The notes under the pieces were generated by a model, which saw only the letters and a list, made by a program, of their open reading frames with translations, did no database searches and was not told the DNA's origin. From Nodularia phage vB_NspS-kac68v162, in the sequence record MK605246.1: a DNA stretch of 53,485 nucleotides, one strand, 5' to 3'. Below, piece by piece: positions 27,916-37,575 of the stretch. Position 1 is the stretch's first letter, and every line of letters starts with the position of its first letter. Both the position numbers and the translations under genes were made by a program.

Positions 27916-28116
27916 ATGAAATCAAAGCAGCCTAAAACCCTACAAGATAAAATCAAAGATTTACCACCTGAAAGACAACAAGTGATCGCACTTCGTCACG
28001 ATCAGTTGGTAGCCGATGAGTTAGCTAGACAGGAGGTACACATAAAAGATTTAAACGCTTTTTATGAAATTTACGACGAATACAGGGAAGTATTTGAGAA
28101 TCTAGCCAAAAATTGA
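27916..28116 (+). CDS. Hypothetical small protein
   Basis: ORF followed by strong terminator. Confidence 0.5.
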   Translation: MKSKQPKTLQDKIKDLPPERQQVIALRHDQLVADELARQEVHIKDLNAFYEIYDEYREVFENLAKN

Positions 28117-28137
28117 TAAGTAATAGCAAAAACAGCA

Positions 28138-28169
28138 AAACCCCTTAGAATTAACGTTCTAAGGGGTTT
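28138..28169. terminator. Bidirectional terminator
   Basis: AAACCCCTTAGAA-TTAACG-TTCTAAGGGGTTT. Confidence 0.85.
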
Positions 28170-28189
28170 ATTTTGTCCAGGTGGTGAAG

Positions 28190-28537
28190 TTAATCCATTT
28201 CAATATAATTAGTCAACACATAAGCTGCTACAGCCGTCCAGTAGTCCTTAAAGTTGGGAGCTAAACCGTTCCAAGGTTTTAACCCTAACCCCCAGCTAGC
28301 AGCGTCACCGTAGGCTTGATATAGCTTTGGTGCGAGATTGTCTACTGCGTTAGGTTCTGCTGTATTAGGTTCTGGTTCCTGGTCTACTTCAGGCTCTAAC
28401 TCAACTTCGTGGGAGTCTGTATCAACTTCAGGCGAAGATGTACGCGATACATTGGCTAGGGGCGATCGCACCTCGAATGCTGATGATGGATCTGTTTCAG
28501 TGGGGGTGATCGTTCCTGTCTTCTTTTTTGTGGTCAT
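28190..28537 (-). CDS. Hypothetical protein
   Basis: Acidic region then GLGLKPWNGLAPNFKDYWTAVAAYV. Confidence 0.5.
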   Translation of the reverse strand: MTTKKKTGTITPTETDPSSAFEVRSPLANVSRTSSPEVDTDSHEVELEPEVDQEPEPNTAEPNAVDNLAPKLYQAYGDAASWGLGLKPWNGLAPNFKDYWTAVAAYVLTNYIEMD

Positions 28538-28600
28538 TTTGGTTGTGGGTATGGGTTTGTATTGATTGTATCTATTGTATCACGTGGGCAGTGAAGACTG

Positions 28601-28635
28601 AAAAGTGAGTGTCTTTGTTAAAAAGTGAGTGTCTT
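28601..28635. repeat. Tandem 20-bp-spaced repeat AAAAGTGAGTGTCTT
   Basis: Two copies at 28601 and 28621. Confidence 0.7.
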
Positions 28636-28699
28636 CTGGTATGATAGAGAAAAGAAAACCCCAGTCACAATAACTGAGGTTGGAAAGCTTTAAATTTGA

Positions 28700-30211
28700 T
28701 TAGTTAGTTCTGTAGCTCTTGAAAGCCGTTTTTAGCCCATGCTGAACACGGCTTTCAATGTCTTTGGTGAACCATTCCAGGCAATACTCATCTATTTCTG
28801 GATCTCTTCTGAGTATTTTTAAGTCAGCTAGGAATTTTTTATTGTGTAGCACAACGCACTCGTCAATTAGGTCTTTCAGTTCTGGCAAAAAGAAGTGTTC
28901 TCGTTTTGGCTTACTGAAATGGGTGAACTGTGGATAAACCCAAGCTTCGGTTTTAAAGTTGAAATCTCCTGAGTTAACGTCTAGATCATTGTTGCAAACA
29001 CAAGCAATGTATAGGTTGGCTTCCCAGTAAGCTGTGAGCCTTGCATCAATAGATGTAGATGGCTCAAGCATTGCCCTACTTGTACTCTTAAGGCAGTTCA
29101 GCCATTTCTTAGACTGCTCATAGTGTTCAATAGCTTCTAGCACCTTTTGACAGGTATCCGGGCAATGCCTGATTAGTCTGTCTGTAACTTGAGTAGAGAT
29201 TATCCTATGCTCAAGCATAACAGCGAATATGTCGCGCACTTTGAAATCTTGAGGGTAGCCCGCAACTATAGACTTGCATAGTCTGTAGATTATACGCTCG
29301 TGTTCCAATTCTTCCTTATCGCGTCTTATACTGTCGTTAATGTCTATAAGATCGCGACGTTCACCAAATACCGTGAACCTATCTCTGCTTTGATATAGCT
29401 CTGTTTGCTCATAAAGGTAGTCGAAGTCCATCTGAAATAAGTCTGACCACTCTTTGTCTTTAACTATGTGTCCTTTTCCGGGCAAGCCTTTCTTAGCTAT
29501 TATGTCAGCCGGGGCAGACGCTACGACGGCTTTTATTTTATCTCTGGAAAGCTGTAGCAATGATTCTACCCCTGTGTCCTTACGTGCCTTATAAATGAAC
29601 CAGAACGCATTCTTAATCATGTACATTGCCTTGAACACGTTTCGCTGTATTTGAGGAGCTAGCACAGACAAATCATTGAAGTATTCAGCAGACCCCATGA
29701 TCTTGGTGAGGTCTTGTAAGAGGGGGGATGCTTGGTTAGTAACATAAAACTCTAAGCTGTCTATTTTATGCTCCTGACGACGTTTAATCTCTTTCAACAC
29801 GTCTATTTGGCGCTGCAAAGCCTCTATATCAGCATCACTACCTTGGTGCATCTTAAACTTGGTCAAATCCTGAATAAATGCAGTAATGCCAATACGTCCT
29901 AGAGAAATTAAGGCTTTAATTGCTTCTGGTCTTTTTTCTGAGGCGTAGTAGGAGATTACGGCATGGCAGACTATAGAGTTGTAGACTTTCTGGTATTGGT
30001 GATCACAGATGACTAAATCAGATTCTTTTTTTCCGAATAGATTAAACAATTCAGAAAAATTAGATTTATTCTGCATCGCGTTATTTATCAGAGAGGATAC
30101 AGCCTGTTGTGATACCCCTGACATCCTAGCGATCGCTGTTTGGTTCATCCCACTTACACCAGTATCCAGCGATATAAACACTTGATCGTTTGACTCAAAT
30201 ATAAAACTCAT
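28700..30211 (-). CDS. HTH-containing protein of unknown function
   Basis: N-term NQTAIARMSGVSQQAVSSLINNAM HTH; 503-aa ORF. Confidence 0.7.
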   Translation of the reverse strand: MSFIFESNDQVFISLDTGVSGMNQTAIARMSGVSQQAVSSLINNAMQNKSNFSELFNLFGKKESDLVICDHQYQKVYNSIVCHAVISYYASEKRPEAIKALISLGRIGITAFIQDLTKFKMHQGSDADIEALQRQIDVLKEIKRRQEHKIDSLEFYVTNQASPLLQDLTKIMGSAEYFNDLSVLAPQIQRNVFKAMYMIKNAFWFIYKARKDTGVESLLQLSRDKIKAVVASAPADIIAKKGLPGKGHIVKDKEWSDLFQMDFDYLYEQTELYQSRDRFTVFGERRDLIDINDSIRRDKEELEHERIIYRLCKSIVAGYPQDFKVRDIFAVMLEHRIISTQVTDRLIRHCPDTCQKVLEAIEHYEQSKKWLNCLKSTSRAMLEPSTSIDARLTAYWEANLYIACVCNNDLDVNSGDFNFKTEAWVYPQFTHFSKPKREHFFLPELKDLIDECVVLHNKKFLADLKILRRDPEIDEYCLEWFTKDIESRVQHGLKTAFKSYRTN

Positions 30212-30417
30212 GCGTTGTTTCCTTTAGATACGTGTTGTGCCAAAACTTCCTGAACTTTTACCAACTTTGCCAGTGATATAGTCTGGTATTGTGTTCGCTC
30301 CCACCTAGCTATCTGTTGCCTATGCAAGCCCAACTGATCAGCTAAAACTTGCTGTGACCAGCCTAGCTGATGTCGCAAATCTATCAGATGTTTAGGCAAG
30401 TTCTGTAAATCTATCAT
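30208..30417 (-). CDS. XRE-family HTH protein
   Basis: LIDLRHQLGWSQQVLADQLGLHRQQIARWERTQY. Confidence 0.85.
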   Translation of the reverse strand: MIDLQNLPKHLIDLRHQLGWSQQVLADQLGLHRQQIARWERTQYQTISLAKLVKVQEVLAQHVSKGNNA

Positions 30418-30743
30418 TAGTATATCACCTGTAAACGAAAATGTTTCAACTATCCCACTTTATTATTGCTGACAAGTTGAGTATTGTCCAGATGTTGATT
30501 ATAGGACTACTAGCTTAGAAACTACTAGCACTTAGCATAAAATAAAGTATTTGACACCGATGTATATAATACTGCTTGTAGCTCAAATATATTGCTGTAT
30601 AAGGGGTTCAGATTATTTTATGTGTGTTTGCTTGTACCTTGGATTTTTCTATGATTACCATAGAGATGTTACAAATTGTATTTTAGAGGCTGGAACGCTT
30701 ATACAGTACATACTACAATGTTTACACTCCATTTTTGCCGCCG

Positions 30744-30801
30744 AGGGTGTGTCAGATTCTGAAGTAATTAAATTCAGATTATTCCGATTTTGACACACCC
30801 T
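30744..30801. repeat. Perfect 11-bp inverted repeat AGGGTGTGTCA...TGACACACCCT
   Basis: Read directly; inner CTGAA...TTCAG arm. Confidence 0.7.
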
Positions 30802-31054
30802 ATTTATTTACATCTTTATAGCGATCACCATAATCTAATTTAGTCAAAAGTTATACTATTTTAAATTATCTAATTAAGTTAAAGTATTGATATATAAGGA
30901 TTATTGTCTAAGTATTACTATGAAGTTATAACTCAAGCGGAAAAAATACTGATACTTAGTTAGATCGATTTAGGTCGTTTTAGTAGAAAGTATAGTTATG
31001 ACAAATGGCTGAACATTATTGAACTAAAAAAATAATGCTCTCGATGCTATTTAG

Positions 31055-31440
31055 TTTTGTAAAACTCCAGGACACTGCCAGATGCTTTATCAGTGCCGCT
31101 AAGAGGCATCTGGGGAGTTTGTTTTGCTATCATCTTGCGAGTCAAGCGTTTTTCTAAAGACCGATGCTTTCACCATTGCTGGCAGCTTTCCGATTTTAAT
31201 TAACTTTAGGGTTTATTAGGTAGATGGTGACAGATGACCTTTTTTCTCGGTTCTTTTCATCCCTTTACACTGGTTTGGGTCTATTCGCACCAGCCCCGTC
31301 GGCCTTAACGACGTACCACTTTGCTTTTTGAGAGCTTCAACCCATTACTGGAGGCACTAGCGAACTAGTTGTGGATTTGCCTGGGTGTAGCTCGTCTCTT
31401 TCACCGATGAAGGCTACTTACGCACCCAAATATATAATAA
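31055..31440 (-). ncRNA. Structured ORF-free region, omega-RNA/IS-right-end-like relic or novel ncRNA (strand uncertain)
   Basis: AAACTCC/GGAGTTT and CCAGATGC/GCATCTGG helices, CACTG/CAGTG cross-pairing, CTAG-TTCG-CTAG hairpin, TAATGGGTTGA core. Confidence 0.4.
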
Positions 31441-31550
31441 GGTATTTCTCACCGTTTAGCAAGTATTTCCGTAAAATAATCTGCTGCTGAGTTGGTAGTG
31501 TTTGTTTCTATCCATTTCTATCCCTAGGTTAGATAAAGATTCACCACCAA

Positions 31551-31590
31551 AAACAAACCCACTACGGTTAAGGTAGTGGGTTTGTTTGTT
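31551..31590. terminator. Terminator-like inverted repeat
   Basis: ACAAACCCAC...GGTAGTGGGTTTGTTTG. Confidence 0.6.
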
Positions 31591-31608
31591 TCATCATATT
31601 CAGATTAG

Positions 31609-31863
31609 CTAACTCACCGGATACCATCCATCACCTTTCCAATAGCCAATGTCACCCTTTCTTGTAACTTCCCAATCTTCATCACTCCAATCCTTGGAAT
31701 GTTCGTCGCACTTTTCGCAAAAGTAAAGGCTGTAAATCTCATTATCCTAGCTCACAGCGTTAAAACATCGCATCTTTGAGCCTGCTGGGAACGATCGCTG
31801 GCAACCATAGCATTGGTGTGTTTTGCATGTCTTAGCCTGTTTGTCTTCTAGAACTCTGGTCAT
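31609..31863 (-). CDS. Zinc-ribbon-like small protein with an in-frame TAG at 31747-31749 (pseudogene or readthrough)
   Basis: MTRVLEDKQAKTCKTHQCYGCQRSFPAGSKMRCFNAVS*DNEIYSLYFCEKCDEHSKDWSDEDWEVTRKGDIGYWKGDGWYPVS. Confidence 0.6.
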
Positions 31864-31886
31864 TGTTTTACCTGCTGTCCTCTAAT

Positions 31887-32204
31887 TCAGTTGCCACTTG
31901 TTTTAACATCTTTGATTGCGATTATATTTACTAATCTCATCGATCTAATATCTGTTTTCCATTCATTCCTACATTGCCTGAACGCAGGTAAAGAATAATC
32001 AGTGAATTCAAACTCCAGTAAATGAGCATAACGCCCCTGTACCCACTGCGAGTTATTAAATTTACCATTCATAGGGTTGGTTTTAATCCAGGCAATATTA
32101 GGACTAAAGCACTTTTCCCGGTTACGGTGAAATTGTAAGCTTTGGTGGTAGAGTGTTAAATCTCTTTCTACTTGGCACATCGCACGGTATAGAGTAAGGC
32201 TCAT
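31887..32204 (-). CDS. Hypothetical protein
   Basis: ORF with plausible coding composition. Confidence 0.5.
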   Translation of the reverse strand: MSLTLYRAMCQVERDLTLYHQSLQFHRNREKCFSPNIAWIKTNPMNGKFNNSQWVQGRYAHLLEFEFTDYSLPAFRQCRNEWKTDIRSMRLVNIIAIKDVKTSGN

Positions 32205-32213
32205 AGCAAACCT

Positions 32214-32378
32214 CTATTCGTTTACTCCTGGGATATGGAAGTGCTTCCGCATAGATTTGATATAATCTCGCAGCACTTCCGCCATAGGCTGCTGTTTTGA
32301 TTCAGCATAATCCTGTAACAAATTATATTCATTTTCACTCAGTCTCACTTCTATTTTCCGTGTTCTTTTAGTTCGCAT
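32214..32378 (-). CDS. Small RHH (CopG-like) protein
   Basis: 54-aa MRTKRTRKIEVRLSENEYNLLQDYAESKQQPMAEVLRDYIKSMRKHFHIPGVNE. Confidence 0.65.
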   Translation of the reverse strand: MRTKRTRKIEVRLSENEYNLLQDYAESKQQPMAEVLRDYIKSMRKHFHIPGVNE

Positions 32379-32564
32379 AGTGTTAAATGTAATGCTTTAT
32401 GCTATGCTTAGTCTATCACAGATACGAGGTTAATGACGATAGTATATCACCTATTTCAAGACATGATTAGAAATTATTGAGTAATAAAGTAGTACATCTG
32501 ACTCTATATTTACATCAAATCTACACAAATTCACATAGTATCAATTATGATAGGTATTGTCTAC

Positions 32565-32813
32565 ATGAAATTAAACAGGTTAAACATTGCACTAAGTGAC
32601 TCTGATTTAAGATGGTTAACGATTTGGGCTTGGGTTAGTGGTCGAACTCCTGGTGCTTATGCTTCTCACATAGTCTCTAATCGAGTTTCTACAAACCTGA
32701 AAGAGATTAAGGGGCGACTACAGGATGAGGCAGATTTAAAGGGTATAAGCCTAAAAGAACTGATAAAAGAAATTGTAGGAGAGATAGATGATCCAGAAAG
32801 TAAGGAAGATTAA
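32565..32813 (+). CDS. Small regulator-like hypothetical protein
   Basis: MKLNRLNIALSDSDLRWLTIWAWVSGRTPGAYASHIV. Confidence 0.5.
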   Translation: MKLNRLNIALSDSDLRWLTIWAWVSGRTPGAYASHIVSNRVSTNLKEIKGRLQDEADLKGISLKELIKEIVGEIDDPESKED

Positions 32814-32819
32814 ATTGCC

Positions 32820-33062
32820 ATGACATTAGAAACCAACACTAAATTCACAGGCATGATTATGTTCAGCCTGCTAAACCTGCTGATAGGCAGCGCAGCACTC
32901 AGTACCTTATCAAAAGTCTCACAAACAGCAGATGAGACAGTTAGAATGCGTGTTGAGTTAGCTAATTTAAGCAAGTCACTGGATAATTATGTTGCTACCC
33001 ATACAGAGCAATGGCGGCTTATTGATGCCAGATTGCGCGATGTGGAATCCAAGATTAGGTAA
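32820..33062 (+). CDS. Small single-TM protein with coiled coil
   Basis: MIMFSLLNLLIGSAALSTL then helical tail. Confidence 0.55.
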   Translation: MTLETNTKFTGMIMFSLLNLLIGSAALSTLSKVSQTADETVRMRVELANLSKSLDNYVATHTEQWRLIDARLRDVESKIR

Positions 33063-33082
33063 TAGACATCATCTCATTAAAC

Positions 33083-33117
33083 AAAAAACCCACTTAAAGC
33101 ACTAAGTGGGTTTTTTT
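33083..33117. terminator. Bidirectional terminator
   Basis: AAAAAACCCACTTA...TAAGTGGGTTTTTT between convergent genes. Confidence 0.85.
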
Positions 33118-33138
33118 GATCAAATCTAAAAGGTGATA

Positions 33139-35226
33139 TTAGAAATCGACTTTCTTCAGTTGATCTTTAAACTCAATCAAGGCAACAGAGCCGTCAAAAT
33201 AAATCACGTTATCAGCAGGGGCGATCGCTTGCCAATCTTTTCTGCTACCGTTTAGGTCTGCTGACAGGGTAAGTAAAGAAGCGTCTCCAGGTACATCACC
33301 GTATTTGGGTAGCGTTTGCCCTAGCACTTTGCGAGAGTCACGCCCTTGTACCTTGTAAGCTGCCATACCGCCAACGAAAACTGAGTCTTCATTCACTAAC
33401 AGGGTTTTGGCTCTCAAAGCGTTCCCGTCCATCGAGTCGGTGCGAGTCAGTGTAAATTGACCACTAATAACTTTCAAAGTATTAGCGGCTAAAACACCTG
33501 TGTAAGATATATGATTTGCTTTGGTTTTTGTTCCCAATGAGAACCAGTCCACACCCTCAGCAATAGTCTGTGTTTTCAGATCGAAGCCATTCCATCTGAA
33601 AACGCTATTACCACCTGCTGACTCGCCTAAAACGTATAACTTGTCTCCCACAAGTTGAATACGGTAAAGCCTAGCGTCAGCCATATCGTTACCGAGAGAT
33701 TCGGGATCAAAGTTCCAACCGCTTCGGACAATTTGGAAACTTTTGCTAGCATCAAATACTTTTAAGAAAGCAACTTGAACTGGCACACCTTGACGGGTGC
33801 GGTTACTGAAACCAGCAACATAGATTTCATTATTGCTTATTTGGACATCTTGCAGATATGTGCCAGACTCACCCCATCTAAAAACTTCTTTATAGTTGGA
33901 GTCGTAAACTGCAAATTGATTTCCGTTTTCGCCAACATTTTCAACAATTACTGTGTACAGCGTACTTGCAGCTAACCTTACACCGTTCAATTCCTTACCT
34001 AAACTTTTAATTACCTCTGTTTTCGCTGTGCTTGGGTTATAGCTAATAAGTAAGCTTCTAGTAACTGCCAAAATCACATTACCGCGTAAAGCTACAGCTA
34101 AAGTAGGTTCAGGCGAGATAACCTTTGCCTTATCTCCATCAATTTCTACAAACCCAGACCCTTTAGACGCAACATACAGTTTACCGTTGTATTTAATGGC
34201 ATCTTGAGGTTGCAGTATAGGTAACTCTTGGATGTTGGTTACTTCTTTTCTGGGTGCAGTCTGGATGGGAGTAGAAAGGAAGTAGGGGGTGAAGTAAGGT
34301 TCTTGCCCACCATGTCTAACGTAAGTAATCAATTCATTACCTACTTTCGCAACAGAGCGAGTGTATCCAACGTCTAAGCGTTCTTGAGGATAGAATCTAT
34401 CTTCTTTTGCCTTGTACAGTAGCGTACCTTGGTTGGCGATAAAGATCACTTCACCTGGAGCGATAACTTCAACCATACCATTGTACCAAGCGGGGCTGAT
34501 TTCCCGCCAACTCTTTTCATTGAGTTTGCGCTGAAACTGACCCTGTTGAGTGTGAGCGTATAGTGTGTTAGTGGTAGTATCCAGAGCAAGTTGGCAATTA
34601 GAGGAATTGGGTTTATTTCCGGTAGCATTGGTTAGGTTTAGACCCTCAATTTTACTTGTTACTTCACCAGTAGCTAGGTTGCATTCAACCATACCGTCAA
34701 AATCCCTAAAACCAATATAGAGAACATCTCCCAGAAGAATAAACGAGGTCATTACCCGACCTTTAATTAAGGGATTCGACTCTAAATTGATGCTTCTGGT
34801 AGAGCCACTGGCACTTATTAAGCTCCCTTTTAACTCTCTCTCCCCTAGAGTTAACGCAGAAACGTCATTGCAGATTATTTTATTTGCTTTAATCCCAGGG
34901 AAGCTAACCCAAGACTGAATATCTTGATTACGAATGTCGGGAACATAATAAACATCTGTATGTAATTTCATCCACCCCTTGTAGGGGTCGGTAGAGGATG
35001 GGCGGTACTCGTAGTTGTTGTAGAAGTTTACAAGTTTGTTCTTATCCAAGGAGCCGAAAGGTTTGATCGAGAGTCTTTCTTGCGCCCCACCTCCCCCATA
35101 AATAACAATTTCATCACGCAAACAAAATACTACCTTACCCGCAGACGGGCTTAAAGCAAATGATTTGTAGTACTCATTTGGGTCATTGTGGTTTGTGTCG
35201 AAGCCTAAATCTAGTCTTGTAGTCAT
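33139..35226 (-). CDS. Large beta-propeller-like protein
   Basis: Repeated short beta-rich units (KLYVASKG, VYVAGF, LYVLGESAGG). Confidence 0.6.
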   Translation of the reverse strand: MTTRLDLGFDTNHNDPNEYYKSFALSPSAGKVVFCLRDEIVIYGGGGAQERLSIKPFGSLDKNKLVNFYNNYEYRPSSTDPYKGWMKLHTDVYYVPDIRNQDIQSWVSFPGIKANKIICNDVSALTLGERELKGSLISASGSTRSINLESNPLIKGRVMTSFILLGDVLYIGFRDFDGMVECNLATGEVTSKIEGLNLTNATGNKPNSSNCQLALDTTTNTLYAHTQQGQFQRKLNEKSWREISPAWYNGMVEVIAPGEVIFIANQGTLLYKAKEDRFYPQERLDVGYTRSVAKVGNELITYVRHGGQEPYFTPYFLSTPIQTAPRKEVTNIQELPILQPQDAIKYNGKLYVASKGSGFVEIDGDKAKVISPEPTLAVALRGNVILAVTRSLLISYNPSTAKTEVIKSLGKELNGVRLAASTLYTVIVENVGENGNQFAVYDSNYKEVFRWGESGTYLQDVQISNNEIYVAGFSNRTRQGVPVQVAFLKVFDASKSFQIVRSGWNFDPESLGNDMADARLYRIQLVGDKLYVLGESAGGNSVFRWNGFDLKTQTIAEGVDWFSLGTKTKANHISYTGVLAANTLKVISGQFTLTRTDSMDGNALRAKTLLVNEDSVFVGGMAAYKVQGRDSRKVLGQTLPKYGDVPGDASLLTLSADLNGSRKDWQAIAPADNVIYFDGSVALIEFKDQLKKVDF

Positions 35227-35340
35227 ACAACAAAATAAATTACTTACTACAAAACTAGCAAAATAGATTATTTTGTTGTATGACCAACTTAATAGAACAA
35301 GTGATATATGTTACTTTAGTATTAATTAGGCATTAAATAA

Positions 35341-35523
35341 ATGAAACACGATCTAGTAATACCAATGTGGTTTGGTAGCCTTGGTGTTGTCCTGATAATA
35401 CTCCTGATATTTAAACCACCTACCAATGAGAAAATAGTAGAAATTATTGGTGCAACGGCTACGGGTCTAGTTACAGGGGCGATCGCTGTAGCAGTACCCA
35501 CTATAAAGAATGGGAGACTTTGA
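35341..35523 (+). CDS. Small membrane protein
   Basis: Two hydrophobic segments. Confidence 0.5.
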   Translation: MKHDLVIPMWFGSLGVVLIILLIFKPPTNEKIVEIIGATATGLVTGAIAVAVPTIKNGRL

Positions 35524-35533
35524 CTCAAGGAAA

Positions 35534-35559
35534 AGCACTTAAGTAATCACTTAAGTGCT
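35534..35559. repeat. Perfect 10-bp palindrome AGCACTTAAG-TAATCA-CTTAAGTGCT next to the tRNA
   Basis: Read directly. Confidence 0.8.
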
Positions 35560-35584
35560 AGTTCAGTGTCCAAGGTAGCATCAG

Positions 35585-35656
35585 TGTCGGGTATGGGAGT
35601 TGAACCCACTTTTTTCAGGATATGAGCCTGACGTGAAACCGTCTCACTCACCCGGC
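35585..35656 (-). tRNA. tRNA-Met(CAT)-like, 72 nt, slightly degenerate
   Basis: Cloverleaf: GCCGGGT/ACCCGAC (2-71 mismatch), GTGA/TCAC, TCAGG-CTCATAT-CCTGA, GTGGG-TTCAACT-CCCAT. Confidence 0.8.
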
Positions 35657-35721
35657 TATTTCAATATATCACTTAAATTCTATTTCAACAACTAAACCAT
35701 GATAGGTGCTTTTGTAGTCAC

Positions 35722-36207
35722 TTATTCCCATCCTTTTTCAGCTTCCTTAAGTTTCACTGGATCAACTTCCTCACCTGCCTCAGCTTCGTGCTTCATATTC
35801 AGCACCTGCAAACACTCAACAGCGATTGGTACTAGCCTCCCTGTGTATGTTTGACCTAAAAGCATATAGGACATAGGTGGAATAATAATACCAGTTAAAG
35901 CACAGACTTCCTCACGCCAGGTTTGAGAAGCGATCGTACTTTTGATATCTGCTGCTACAAGTTTACGTTCATGCTCTGGTTTACTAGGTAAATGTTCATC
36001 ACAGTAAGCCGTGAGAATATTAACAGCCAATTGGTTACGGGAAATTGCACAAGGTTCGGCTTGTGCTGCTAAAGTTTCTAATCTCCTAATTAGCTCTTTA
36101 GGTAACGCGATATAAATAGCTAGTTCGTTTGATGCAAGAGATAGTCCCATATTAACCAGCCCATAGATAACAGTATTTGTCTGGTGAAGCTGAAATTTCT
36201 TTCTCAA
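35722..36207 (-). CDS. Hypothetical DNA-binding-like protein (start may be internal)
   Basis: IYIALPKELIRRLETLAAQAEPCAISRNQLAVNILTAY. Confidence 0.5.
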   Translation of the reverse strand: MRKKFQLHQTNTVIYGLVNMGLSLASNELAIYIALPKELIRRLETLAAQAEPCAISRNQLAVNILTAYCDEHLPSKPEHERKLVAADIKSTIASQTWREEVCALTGIIIPPMSYMLLGQTYTGRLVPIAVECLQVLNMKHEAEAGEEVDPVKLKEAEKGWE

Positions 36208-36445
36208 TCTCGTACCAATTGTTGCAACCCGACATTGCTGAAATTGCCTCTAACTGGTGCTTTACTTCTTTGGCTGGTTTACGGTTGTAGTTGTTGCATA
36301 GGCTGGACAGACTGTTGCCATCTTCATCAGTATCGTTGGTCATTGTTAATCTGTGGCACTTGTGTGAGCCGTCGAAAGCGTAATGATAGGCAAACGGAAG
36401 CTTTTCAGGTTCCAGCAAAGTTAACATTACAGTCATTTTATGCAA
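36152..36445 (-). CDS. Hypothetical protein
   Basis: ORF. Confidence 0.45.
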   Translation of the reverse strand: MHKMTVMLTLLEPEKLPFAYHYAFDGSHKCHRLTMTNDTDEDGNSLSSLCNNYNRKPAKEVKHQLEAISAMSGCNNWYEIEKEISASPDKYCYLWAG

Positions 36446-36552
36446 GTGGTGATATGTCTCACTTATTTTACATTGTCTGGTAACAGTAAGGCAATAAAAA
36501 AAACGACCAACTCGGAGGAGCGATCGTCTCTGTGAGGTTATATCGTTATTGA

Positions 36553-37296
36553 CTACTCAAGAGTTTCTAGCAATTCCCGCAACGGAATTATTTTACTTTT
36601 GACTAGATTTATGAATGCTTTTTTGATCATGGATTTATCAGCTTCTGTGGGTAATCTTCTTGGTGGGTTTGAAAATATAAAATTAACCTTCAAGTTTTCT
36701 ACAGTGTCCGTTTCTCCCCAGTCGTCTGATGCTAAAGGTTGATCAAATAGTTTATCTAACAGCTTAAGAGCTTCTCCAGCTATACCCTCCGTATTGTAGA
36801 TTTCAACAAACCCCACAGATATCAAAGCATTTACCCAAGCGTCGGACAAACCTCTCAACCAAGCATTATATTTTTTGATATTGTGGTTCTCGTCATCAGC
36901 TATAAATGATATGTACTCCCCATTTCTATAAAGTGAAACAGCATCTAAGGTTATTGTGTCTATGGCGTTCATACTTATTAAGGTCTGCAAATCTGACCAT
37001 ACTTTTTCTATATATTCAGGTTCATAGTCCTTGCTACCGTCGTAGATTTGAAGCAAGAGGCTGTCAGTTGATTCATGTGGGGTAAGTGAATAACCATTAG
37101 GTAACTGTGGACGAGTTATTACACTCGTGTCACTTAATGTTTCTAGCTTTACAGTTATTGGTTTTTGTGGTGTTGCCTTATCCCATTTTACTGGGGTTAT
37201 GAAGTAGGTGTTTCCAGGCTTGGGTTTTCTTTTCTTAGCTGTCGCGTAGCTGATCGGTTCTAGTTCTTGTTTGTTTAATGATGTTATGTTCAGCAT
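36553..37296 (-). CDS. Hypothetical protein
   Basis: 247-aa ORF. Confidence 0.6.
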   Translation of the reverse strand: MLNITSLNKQELEPISYATAKKRKPKPGNTYFITPVKWDKATPQKPITVKLETLSDTSVITRPQLPNGYSLTPHESTDSLLLQIYDGSKDYEPEYIEKVWSDLQTLISMNAIDTITLDAVSLYRNGEYISFIADDENHNIKKYNAWLRGLSDAWVNALISVGFVEIYNTEGIAGEALKLLDKLFDQPLASDDWGETDTVENLKVNFIFSNPPRRLPTEADKSMIKKAFINLVKSKIIPLRELLETLE

Positions 37297-37575
37297 AGTG
37301 TGCTTACCTTCTCAAAATTACTTATTTACTTTTATAAGTTAGCATACTCCCTATTACACATCAACAGTAATTACACTGAATTAATAGAACTCACGCACCC
37401 AAATAAAAATATCTACTATATAACCAGATCCCACAAAATAACCCCGCTTTTTGCATTCCAGAATTACCTTTTTTAATTACTCTGGTCATATTTTAAAAAG
37501 GTTAGATCGCTGCAACCCTTGTTATATAATGCTTACATTAATTTTTAAGCCATCAAAAATTAATTGTGCTTAACT

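Noticed and set aside
30551-30793. 80-aa ORF MTPMYIILLVAQIYCC...
   Set aside because: Cys-rich, next to ORF-free structured DNA, no RBS and no family resemblance; left out of features.
31055-31440. Group II intron fragment
   Set aside because: A GTGCG-like stretch exists on the minus strand, but I found no domain V or reverse transcriptase.
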